A stretch of 64,000 nt of DNA from a virus. Positions 55,524-64,000 of this stretch are shown here, piece by piece. Location: the IMG/VR virus record IMGVR_UViG_3300032285_003287, positions 17,718-81,717 of that record. The stretch is one strand, 5' to 3'. Below the pieces are notes generated by a model. It was not told the DNA's origin. It searched no databases and saw only the letters and a list, made by a program, of their open reading frames with translations. How positions within the stretch are numbered: the stretch's first letter is position 1; each line of letters starts with the position of its first letter. The translations under genes were made by a program, and so were the position numbers.

Positions 55524-58312
55524 TAATAGGCGGCACAATACAACGATCAATATATCCGCAGCAGTCATTAAACTGGGCGATAAACCTTGTGCCCCAAAAT
55601 AATACTGGATATTTTGATTTTATATTTTCTGGAGATGGCGGAAATGAAACAATATTTTCCTTAAAAAATGGGCAAATATTGTCTTATGATAATCAGCTTA
55701 TTGGTGGGTATTTTTCATCTGAAAATTTAAATTTTAGTGGAAATTTTGGTGCAAATACAATTGATCTTTATCAGGACTCGTCGCCATTATTCTTGGGTAA
55801 GTCGCGCGAAACTTTTGGAGATATATATGGTATAGCCTTAAGATCATCTAATGATTCGGGGGTTGATTTTAAAAATCTAACAATAATTGGAAGTGCGCCG
55901 CAAGTTAATGGCCCTATAAACCCATTTTTAATATTATACCCTAACGAAAATATTCCTTTTGATATATATAATAGTGGTTTATATGATTTTACAATATTAT
56001 CCGGAACAACTAGTAATCCCAATTTTACCATATCGGGTGAAAGGGGGCTTGTGGTTCCGTCTTATGGTGACTCGGTTTTTTATTTGGTATATGGCGGATC
56101 TACGGTAATACCTTCATATCAAAACGTTTTTATAACTTTATATACAGATCATGGAGTTCAAAAATTTAATACGACTATTTCTGGCTCTCCAGCTGTAAAT
56201 AAAACTTATTCTTTATATTTAAATGCATCTGATGGATATGTATTAAGCGCCAGATCTAAAACTTTTAATTTAACAGTTAGAAATAGCGATGGTGCAAAAA
56301 TAGGTATAGGCTATAAATATGTTAGTGGAGCAACTGGAGATTATTATTCTGATGTTATAAATTATCAAAATGTATACAATGTTCCAGTTTCTGGATACAT
56401 AACTGGAAGTGGATATTTATATGGGCAAATCACTGGAGATATTTCAGTATTTAATACTGGAAGCTCTGAATATGAAACTTCTAGTGGTAGTGGTTTTTTC
56501 TCTCGTTTTTACGTAGCTAAAGATGGACCAATAACGGGGAAATACTCTGTTACTGGATATGGCATAGGTAGTACTATATTACTAAGCGATGTTACTGGAT
56601 ATGCTTTAGCGCAAGATGTTCCATATTCTGGAGTAATTGGTATTAGGGGCGGGTATGTAACTGGAAATATAACGCAATACGTAAGTGGTACCGGAGTGCT
56701 AGCCGGGAAAGATGTTTCTGGTATTTTAAATTACCCACAATCTATCCAATTTATTCCGTTTACAGGTAAGCTAACTGGTGATTTTAATAGCAATGAATAT
56801 ACACAAGTTAGCCTAGTTTCTCCAACGGTATTTGTTACTGGAAATTTTTCCAAGAAATTCTGGATGACTGGGTATGCCTTTGCCACCGGAGAAATGAAAA
56901 GTGGGGTTTTAGGCGGTGATTTTGGGTATGTATATGATCCTGGTATATATACTTTTTATACGTACTATTCTGGAGATGCGCCTGTTGTGGGTAGTTCTTA
57001 TAATAATTTTAATCCGGTACGCTCCGTGATTACTCCTAACGGGGTTTCTGGTAAGTTAATTACTAATGTTGTAACGGTTGTAGATCAACAAGATAGCTGT
57101 ACTGTTGACTTTAGTAGTATTAGCGTTGTACCAACTGGATATATTTCGGGTAATTTGTATACTTCAGATGGAAAAACTGGAGTAATAGAGTTTAAGCAGG
57201 GTATTAAATTTAATTTACTACCAATAGACTCTGGAGAATTTATTTTTGAAAATTCTGATACAGGAATTTTAAATACCGGATACCCATACCTATTACCGAG
57301 AACTGATATTTCTAGACATGGAAAAACTGCAAGCGGAACAGGGTTTTTTAACAATGTTTTTCAAAAGCCATTTTTTAACCCATTGGGTGAACGTGGAGAC
57401 GTGTTTTCTGGATATAAAACAGGAGAGTTTATAGGCTGGAAGGAATCACTAGAACCTATTATCACAGATTTAGAGTATACTGGAGCTGAGCCAATAATAG
57501 ATTATATTTCTGGTAATTTTGATTTACCAGAATTTTTAATTTCAGATCATAGAAAATTAACGCCAGATTATGCAGAAATAAGTTTTAGTATAACTGGAAC
57601 TGGTGGGTATTTTCCATTAAATTTTACACTAGAATCAAAACAGCAAAGAGAGCTATTGTTTGTAGATATGTATAGGGGACCTTTTGTTTCTGGAATTACT
57701 GGAATAAATTCAAGTGGTGAGACAGGAATTATTTCTTATACTGGAATAAATAAGGATACACTAGTTTATAAGACTAGCGGTAATTATTTTTATTTAGACA
57801 ATTGTTCCAGCATGTGTGGACAAAAGCAGCTGGGCTTTAGTTACGCATACCAAACTGGAGATTATAAAATATTCATATCTGGAAAAACAATTAAACCTTC
57901 TATAAAAGACTGGTTTGTGTCTTTTTCTTCCGATAGTTTTACTGGCTACAAACAAAATGGAAGATTAAATTTTAATATAATCAGAAGTGGATATTTAAAT
58001 TTCCCTTTATCTGGGAAAGTAACTGCCGCAATAAATTCAAGTTATCGTCCATATGGAATCAGTACTGATAAAGTTTATAGTGGATTGAGTTGGGGAGTTG
58101 TTTTCCCTGCAAATCAATCGAGTTTAACTTTAGGATTTGATATTTATCCCGATGCAGCCTTACAGAGAAAATGGGGTGGTAATCTAGCATTTGAGCTATA
58201 TCCAATTGGATGCTTTTGTGGAGATTTGTTTTCTCTTCCGGGAAAAAGGATAGAGACTAATGCTATTTTAAGTTCAAATTTTTATATTATTGATACTACC
58301 GGAATAGGGTAA
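55520..58312 (+). CDS. [S/T]G-rich virion structural protein, 930 aa
   Basis: About 60 SG/TG dipeptides by hand count; Calx-beta-like C-terminal segment. Confidence 0.55.
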   Translation: MIIGGTIQRSIYPQQSLNWAINLVPQNNTGYFDFIFSGDGGNETIFSLKNGQILSYDNQLIGGYFSSENLNFSGNFGANTIDLYQDSSPLFLGKSRETFGDIYGIALRSSNDSGVDFKNLTIIGSAPQVNGPINPFLILYPNENIPFDIYNSGLYDFTILSGTTSNPNFTISGERGLVVPSYGDSVFYLVYGGSTVIPSYQNVFITLYTDHGVQKFNTTISGSPAVNKTYSLYLNASDGYVLSARSKTFNLTVRNSDGAKIGIGYKYVSGATGDYYSDVINYQNVYNVPVSGYITGSGYLYGQITGDISVFNTGSSEYETSSGSGFFSRFYVAKDGPITGKYSVTGYGIGSTILLSDVTGYALAQDVPYSGVIGIRGGYVTGNITQYVSGTGVLAGKDVSGILNYPQSIQFIPFTGKLTGDFNSNEYTQVSLVSPTVFVTGNFSKKFWMTGYAFATGEMKSGVLGGDFGYVYDPGIYTFYTYYSGDAPVVGSSYNNFNPVRSVITPNGVSGKLITNVVTVVDQQDSCTVDFSSISVVPTGYISGNLYTSDGKTGVIEFKQGIKFNLLPIDSGEFIFENSDTGILNTGYPYLLPRTDISRHGKTASGTGFFNNVFQKPFFNPLGERGDVFSGYKTGEFIGWKESLEPIITDLEYTGAEPIIDYISGNFDLPEFLISDHRKLTPDYAEISFSITGTGGYFPLNFTLESKQQRELLFVDMYRGPFVSGITGINSSGETGIISYTGINKDTLVYKTSGNYFYLDNCSSMCGQKQLGFSYAYQTGDYKIFISGKTIKPSIKDWFVSFSSDSFTGYKQNGRLNFNIIRSGYLNFPLSGKVTAAINSSYRPYGISTDKVYSGLSWGVVFPANQSSLTLGFDIYPDAALQRKWGGNLAFELYPIGCFCGDLFSLPGKRIETNAILSSNFYIIDTTGIG

Positions 58313-58426
58313 TGGAGATTGTTGAATAACAGTGATTATAACATAACCGAGGTTTTATTTATATAGAAAATAATTATAAAAGTTTAAAATAGTGTAATAG
58401 ATAACAAGGAAAAAGGTAAAGTAAGA

Positions 58427-59536
58427 ATGTCTAATATAAACTGTATCCCAGTTCAGATAGTGGTTAGTGGGTTTAGTAATTTGTATACTAATAACCCAAA
58501 CCCTATAGGCGTGTTTACTTATCCAGATGCGAATGTTCCTTTGAATATTACCTATAATGGTAAGTCAGATATTCCCAGTAATATAGGTAGCTATGTTGTT
58601 AATATAACCATAGCAGATAATAATTACTGTTATCAGCAGATTACTGGGATATATTATATATCCGGAAATGCAAAATGGCAAAGTGCTGCTTTGGGTTGGG
58701 GTAGAGATGTATCTACTGCGGGACCATCCACGCAATATGGCAACCCTACAACGGGGCTAATTGGGGTGCAAAAAATTGTGGGTGGAAAGGATTTTTCATT
58801 AGCATTAATGAATGATAATAAAATTATCACGTGGGGAAGCGGAAATCAATATAAACAGCAAGATATTCCAAATATTAATAATTATATTAAAGACATTGCT
58901 GCATCTAACAATACTACGTTTATTATAGACTGGGATGATAATCTAACTGGATGTGGCTATTTATTTAATAGTTTGGGAAATAGCATAAGCGGAATTAGTG
59001 GTATTGTTGCTCCTAACACTACATATTTAACGGGCATATTAGGCGTATCTGCTGCGGATAATTACGCAATAATCTGGAAAAAAGATAAAAAATCAAAAAT
59101 ATATGGATGGGGAAATCCAGAAAAAGCTTTGTTTAATTTTTCTGGTTTATTTGATAGTACTGGAATTGATCAGGTTTGCGCAACAAATTATGGTTATGTA
59201 TTATTATCGGGCGGCACAGCCGTTGCGTATGGGTCTGGTGTCTATGGCCAGTTTGACTGGCCGATGGGCTCAAATCAAAATATAAAAAAAATAAGTTGCT
59301 CGGATTCAACAACGGTATTTTTATATGAGAATAAAACTATAACAGGGTTTGGTAAGTATATAAATAGCAGTGGAGATGTGACTGGCTTTTTTATACCAGA
59401 CCAGTCTGTTCAAGGTAAAATTTTAGACATTAGCGCTGGAAAAACACAAACGCTTTTAATATTAGATTCTTTTGTTGCTCCGTATATAACACCGCATAAC
59501 CCTCCAGAATGTTATGGTATAAATTATTCAAATTAA
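58427..59536 (+). CDS. MBG-like domain plus RCC1/BLIP-II repeat protein
   Basis: ITYNG....P.N.GSY.V..TI.D.NY; I.GG.DFSLAL......I.TWG and ISAG...TL repeats. Confidence 0.75.
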   Translation: MSNINCIPVQIVVSGFSNLYTNNPNPIGVFTYPDANVPLNITYNGKSDIPSNIGSYVVNITIADNNYCYQQITGIYYISGNAKWQSAALGWGRDVSTAGPSTQYGNPTTGLIGVQKIVGGKDFSLALMNDNKIITWGSGNQYKQQDIPNINNYIKDIAASNNTTFIIDWDDNLTGCGYLFNSLGNSISGISGIVAPNTTYLTGILGVSAADNYAIIWKKDKKSKIYGWGNPEKALFNFSGLFDSTGIDQVCATNYGYVLLSGGTAVAYGSGVYGQFDWPMGSNQNIKKISCSDSTTVFLYENKTITGFGKYINSSGDVTGFFIPDQSVQGKILDISAGKTQTLLILDSFVAPYITPHNPPECYGINYSN

Positions 59537-59537
59537 T

Positions 59538-62500
59538 ATGAGCTGCGTTCCTAATTTAATATTTTTTGGTTTAGATTGGAAGTATATACCAGGTACTAAT
59601 AATAATTGCGCGGTATATGCTAGTGGAAGTGGCATTCCGGGTCATACTATAAGCATACAGTCTAAATATTTAAATACAACAGTAACTGTAGATAGCGATG
59701 GAAATTGGAGTGGTCTGGCTTCTGGACAATGTCCAGTTGCAAGATTTTTTTCTTCTCCTGCGCAGTTTGCCTCTAATCTCTGCTCGAACTATGACTGGAT
59801 TCCTATATATATAGAAGATACAACATTAGGACGTATTACTGGGGGCTATATAAATATTACTGGATTTTGTGATAAAAATTATAGTCCTCCATATAGTGGA
59901 AATATATGCCAAAAAAATATTCAGTATATAAATCCTTATGCGCAAATACCTGATAAACTTCCTACTGTTACTGGATTTACTTTAAACTCTCCAACTGCTA
60001 GTTCTAATTTGCCGGTTGGTCTTTCTATTTTATCGGGTGCGGCCAGTATAGCAGCAGGTCAGCCTGGTGGCAGGTACATAATTAAGTTAAGCGGAGAAAC
60101 TGGCGTAGTTAGGCTTTCTGCACAACAATCTGGAAATAGTGATTACTATCCTGCTAGTGCGGAAATTGATTTTTATGTAAAAAAAATACAGCAGCAAATA
60201 TATGATTTTTCTGAAATTCCAGACCAATTGCCCAGTACGAGAAGTATTAAAATTATACCACCGTTATCTTCAAGTATGGTTCCTGTTTCGGTATCTATTG
60301 ATAGTGGAGAATTAAATGTAACCGATGCTTCTTCTCATAGTAGTTTAAGTGGGGATACTTTGTTGTTGCCAACCGGAAATGGTTATGATAATAATAGTTA
60401 TAGCTATACTGGCAAAATAACTTTGGTAGCCAATCAGTCTGGAGATTTAAATTTTTACCCTGCTGATCCGGTATATACCAGTTTTAATCTTACCCCATTA
60501 AAGCAAACTTTATCTTCTTTTATTTTTCCAGCTTCTTCTGTAGCCCCTTACACGACCCCTTTTCAGATTGGATTACCAACTGCATCGAGTAATTTGCCCG
60601 TTAATGTATCGGTTGCTTATGGCCCAGCAACAATTAGCGGCGATATGGTTACACTGGATGGTACAACTGGGGTTGTCACTTTTTACGCAAACCAATCTGG
60701 AAATTGTGATTATTTTCAAAAATCGTTTTATCAAGAACTAATTGTAGAAAAATTAACACAGGAATTAATTATTTCTGATATACCAGATCAATTACCCTCG
60801 GCTAGAAATATACCGATAAATATTATTTCTTTTGGACAAAGCAATAATCCAGTTGTTTTTTCTATTTCTGGCTGTGCTTCTCTTGGGGATCAAAATAATA
60901 TAGTTTTAAATGGTCAAACTGGACTAGTTGTGCTAACCGCTAATCAGTATGGTAATAATATATATTATGATGCACCAGAGGTTGCAAAAAGTTTTAATGT
61001 AAGATATTTATCTCAATCCATTTCGAGCTTTGAAAAGATTTTTGACTATTATACTGATAGTGCCCCGTTTTCAATACGACGCCCTTCCGCATCGAGTAAT
61101 TTACCAGTAGAAATATCTGTTACTGGACCAGCGAGTATTCAGAATGATTTGATAGTTTTATCTAGGGAGACGGGAGTCGTAACTTTATTTGCATCTCAAT
61201 CTGGAAATATAGACTACTCTCCTGCGGATACGGTTAGCACAAGTTTTAATGTTTTAAAGCATTATCAATTTATATCTCCATTTGATCAGATTTCTGGAAA
61301 AAAACCTACAGACGCCCCTTTTGAAATAGCAATTCCTTCTGCTTCTAGTAATCTGCCGGTAGATATTCGTATTGATAGCGGACCAGCATCTTTAAGCGGA
61401 AATGTTATAACATTAAGTACTCAAACTGGTGTTGTTGTTTTAACGGCAAGACAAACAGGAAGTTGGAATTATTATCCTGCGCATGAAATATCGGTAAATT
61501 TTAACGTATCAAGGTCTCAACAATTTATTTCTAATTTTAATATACCAGATCAATTGGTGGCTACTGGTATTAGAAGTTTTTCTATACTACCGCCGACATC
61601 CTCTAGTAATCTACCGGTATCTTTAAGCATAAAAAGTGGTAATGCTATAATAGATAATAACGGACTAGTGACTTATGGCAGTGGTTACGAAGGAGGTGTT
61701 ATCGTAGCTGCAAATCAGAGTGGTAATATAGACTATTATCCGGCGCAGGAAATAACTTCAACGTTTTATATAGTTAAATCTGGTTTTAATATTGATCTTG
61801 TTGCTAATCAGTTTTTTTATAAAAACTTAAATTTAAATACTACTGGGCAATTGATAGTCAGGGGTCTGCCTAGTGGTATATCTTATAGTGGAACCTCTAT
61901 TATTGGCGCGCCGGTTTATACAGGAAATTTTAATTCTACAATTGCTTATAGCGGAAGCGATAATCCAATTGTCTTTATTAATTTTAATATATACCCGCCT
62001 CAAAATACTGGATATATTTATTCTTTTGGGCCAGATACGGACTTATATTATGAAAATAATGTTCCAGTTAGTTTTTGGCAGTTTAATAAAGTAAGTCAAA
62101 TATATGCAGCAAATGAATATAATCTAGGAATATATAATACTGTTTATTTTGAGCCGCCGCCATCTGGCAATACCGATGTAATCGTATTGCCTAATAGGCC
62201 TTATTATAAAAATAATTCTCCGTTTTCTTTTGTATTAACTAATTTGACCACAACTGATTGTATAGATGATTTTATTTTATTGTCTACTATTACGGGTAAT
62301 TTTAGTGGCGATCTAGAAAATCAATTCATGTTTTCACTAAAAGGTGGAACATTGGGAGCTACCTCTGTAATGTCAATAATTTGCTCTGGAGAGGATTTAA
62401 GCTTCTCTGGTTACCTATACCCACCAAATGATCATTGTGTTGTACAGTTAAGTGCTGGAAGTAATTTTGGAATTGCTCTGTTAGCAAATGGAATGATTGC

Positions 62501-63332
62501 TGGATGGGGAGATAACTCTCTGGGGCAAGCTCTTGGCGGCATAGATATTTTCGGACAATGTCCAAAAAATATTAGCTGTATAAGACAGATTGATGCTGGA
62601 AGATCATTTGGATTAGCTTTGATGTCTAATGGTACCGTGAGTGGATGGGGAAATAATATATATAACCAAGCTAACGGAGGTAATAACTTATCTGGAAAAT
62701 GCGCTATAAATATACCACCAATAGTAACATTAACACCAACGCCGACAGCTACGCCAACGCCGACAGCTACGCCAACGCCGACAGCTACGCCAACGCCGAC
62801 AGCTACGCCAACGCCGACAGCTACGCCTACTGCAACACCAGTTCTTAGCTGTCAACAGGTACATGAAGGAGATTATATACCTAGGGCTTATGATTTATAT
62901 GCAGTAGTCGCGAGCGAGACTTCTGCGCCGTTATTGTGGACCGGAGAGATAGTAAAAATAATTACTGGATATATAGAAACTACTACGGTGTATACTCAGC
63001 CTATGGGTGGCCAAGCTGGGTTTATATATGGAGATAAGGCATTAGACGTTAATATTACAGGAAGGGTTTTTACATTAGGGTTTAATAATTATGGACCATA
63101 TCAGATACTTGTTCATGGATATCCTCCAGTAGCTGGCGGTCTATCTCCAAGTTATGGAGATGGAATATATGTAATGTATGACAGCAGTGGAGTTATAAGG
63201 GCAGCAACAAACTATAATGTATGTCCTCTTAGTGTTCCGTTCTTATTAACTGGCAATCAACAGTATTGTCCATCGTCTACTGGTCTAGAAAGTATTCTTC
63301 CATCAGCCTTAAGTGTATATGCGGCATTTTAA
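59538..63332 (+). CDS. adhesin-like virion protein: about 6 Ig-like repeats, RCC1 repeats, Pro-Thr linker
   Basis: Repeats Q.I..F..IPD....P.ASSNLPV......GPA........L...TG.V.L.A.QSGN.DY.PA; LSAG.NFGIALL.NG...GWG.N..GQ; (TPTPTA)n. Confidence 0.8.
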   Translation: MSCVPNLIFFGLDWKYIPGTNNNCAVYASGSGIPGHTISIQSKYLNTTVTVDSDGNWSGLASGQCPVARFFSSPAQFASNLCSNYDWIPIYIEDTTLGRITGGYINITGFCDKNYSPPYSGNICQKNIQYINPYAQIPDKLPTVTGFTLNSPTASSNLPVGLSILSGAASIAAGQPGGRYIIKLSGETGVVRLSAQQSGNSDYYPASAEIDFYVKKIQQQIYDFSEIPDQLPSTRSIKIIPPLSSSMVPVSVSIDSGELNVTDASSHSSLSGDTLLLPTGNGYDNNSYSYTGKITLVANQSGDLNFYPADPVYTSFNLTPLKQTLSSFIFPASSVAPYTTPFQIGLPTASSNLPVNVSVAYGPATISGDMVTLDGTTGVVTFYANQSGNCDYFQKSFYQELIVEKLTQELIISDIPDQLPSARNIPINIISFGQSNNPVVFSISGCASLGDQNNIVLNGQTGLVVLTANQYGNNIYYDAPEVAKSFNVRYLSQSISSFEKIFDYYTDSAPFSIRRPSASSNLPVEISVTGPASIQNDLIVLSRETGVVTLFASQSGNIDYSPADTVSTSFNVLKHYQFISPFDQISGKKPTDAPFEIAIPSASSNLPVDIRIDSGPASLSGNVITLSTQTGVVVLTARQTGSWNYYPAHEISVNFNVSRSQQFISNFNIPDQLVATGIRSFSILPPTSSSNLPVSLSIKSGNAIIDNNGLVTYGSGYEGGVIVAANQSGNIDYYPAQEITSTFYIVKSGFNIDLVANQFFYKNLNLNTTGQLIVRGLPSGISYSGTSIIGAPVYTGNFNSTIAYSGSDNPIVFINFNIYPPQNTGYIYSFGPDTDLYYENNVPVSFWQFNKVSQIYAANEYNLGIYNTVYFEPPPSGNTDVIVLPNRPYYKNNSPFSFVLTNLTTTDCIDDFILLSTITGNFSGDLENQFMFSLKGGTLGATSVMSIICSGEDLSFSGYLYPPNDHCVVQLSAGSNFGIALLANGMIAGWGDNSLGQALGGIDIFGQCPKNISCIRQIDAGRSFGLALMSNGTVSGWGNNIYNQANGGNNLSGKCAINIPPIVTLTPTPTATPTPTATPTPTATPTPTATPTPTATPTATPVLSCQQVHEGDYIPRAYDLYAVVASETSAPLLWTGEIVKIITGYIETTTVYTQPMGGQAGFIYGDKALDVNITGRVFTLGFNNYGPYQILVHGYPPVAGGLSPSYGDGIYVMYDSSGVIRAATNYNVCPLSVPFLLTGNQQYCPSSTGLESILPSALSVYAAF
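62733..62822 (+). repeat. 18-bp tandem repeat x5 (ACGCCAACGCCGACAGCT, TPTPTA)
   Basis: Direct inspection. Confidence 0.95.
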
Positions 63333-63401
63333 TATGATGGATCATACTATAAGTATAAATATTTGTTTCAGTGTAATAAATAAATAACAAAGAAAAGGAT
63401 T

Positions 63402-64000
63402 ATGCCTCCGACGCCAACGCCCACGCCGACTATTAATCGCTCATGTCACGTTTACGATATAAGCATAGGTGACTTTCACTCTTTAGCTCTATTTTCAAAT
63501 GGCGCAATAACCGGTTGGGGTAGGGATGATTACGGGCAAGTATCTAACGGACTTTATATTACTGGGGTTATATGCGTAGCTGCTGGAACTTTTCATTCTT
63601 TAGCCGTTTTTAAAAATGGCACTATAACCGGATGGGGTAATAACTCCTATAATGCAATAACTGACGGATTAGGTTTAACTAACGTGAAGAGCGTATATGC
63701 TGGAGAGGCATATTCTTTAGCCACATTAAATAATGGGCAGATAACCGGATGGGGCGATAACAGGGACGGTCAGGCGCATGGGGCGGACGGCTTTACTGCG
63801 TGTGAAAAAGTTATCTTCATACCTATGCAAATAGTAACGTCAACGCCCACGCCGACTGCTACGCCGACTGCTACACCGACTGCTACACCGACTGCTACAC
63901 CGACTGCTACACCGACTGCTACGCCGACTGCTACGCCGACTGCTACGCCGACTGCTACGCCGACTGCTACGCCGACTGCTACGCCGACTGCTACGCCGAC
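63402..64000 (+). CDS. RCC1/BLIP-II repeat protein with Pro-Thr linker (3' end runs off window)
   Basis: Hand-translated MPPTPTPTPTINRSC...ISIGDFHSLALFSNGAITGWGRDDYGQ...VAAGTFHSLAV...GWGNN...(TPTA)n. Confidence 0.85.
   Translation, partial: MPPTPTPTPTINRSCHVYDISIGDFHSLALFSNGAITGWGRDDYGQVSNGLYITGVICVAAGTFHSLAVFKNGTITGWGNNSYNAITDGLGLTNVKSVYAGEAYSLATLNNGQITGWGDNRDGQAHGADGFTACEKVIFIPMQIVTSTPTPTATPTATPTATPTATPTATPTATPTATPTATPTATPTATPTATPTATP
63849..64000 (+). repeat. 12-bp tandem repeat, at least 12 copies (ACRCCGACTGCT, TPTA)
   Basis: Direct inspection; continues past the window end. Confidence 0.95.

Noticed and set aside
24878-64000. Diversity-generating retroelement acting on fibre genes
   Set aside because: No reverse transcriptase in the window, and duplicated blocks are in-frame coding repeats without evident adenine-specific mismatches

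Overview
A 64 kb segment of a large tailed dsDNA phage. It is probably siphovirus-like: a tail tube candidate and a 2119-aa tape measure are present, and I see no sheath gene in this window. The host is plausibly Verrucomicrobiota/PVC; this is inferred from an autotransporter-associated beta-strand repeat protein, SD-less CA-rich leaders, GC-richer early genes and tRNAs for AT-rich codons. Layout: (1) 1-1100, a partial HNH gene and 5 tRNAs. (2) 1100-12400, a leftward early/accessory block of about 30 small genes (two HhH-GPD glycosylases, DUF932, Gp88-like, WYL-like, acidic and membrane miniproteins). Most have their own sigma70-type promoter, and 12 appear leaderless. The block is cut into modules by 9 copies of a composite element (GC hairpin CCGGGC-GGG-GCCCGG, 4 nt, then a 27-bp imperfect palindrome GTAA-N19-TTAN) and contains several structured non-coding segments. 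(3) 12650-20900, auxiliary genes: GT61 glycosyltransferase, Hsp20, metallophosphoesterase, PhoH, HExxH protein, a sigma factor with a Cys-rich insert, and an ERCC4 nuclease. (4) 20900-64000, a late block: terminase, portal, fibre, lysis cassette, scaffold/protease, capsid, neck, tail tube, chaperones, tape measure, tail tip and RCC1/Ig/Pro-Thr adhesins, preceded by a recurring GTGTAA late-promoter-like motif. The best candidates for undescribed biology are the repeat-delimited cassette array with leaderless promoters, and a possible virion O-glycosylation system (GT61 plus [S/T]G-saturated structural proteins). All calls come from motif recognition by eye; no database searches or folding programs were run.
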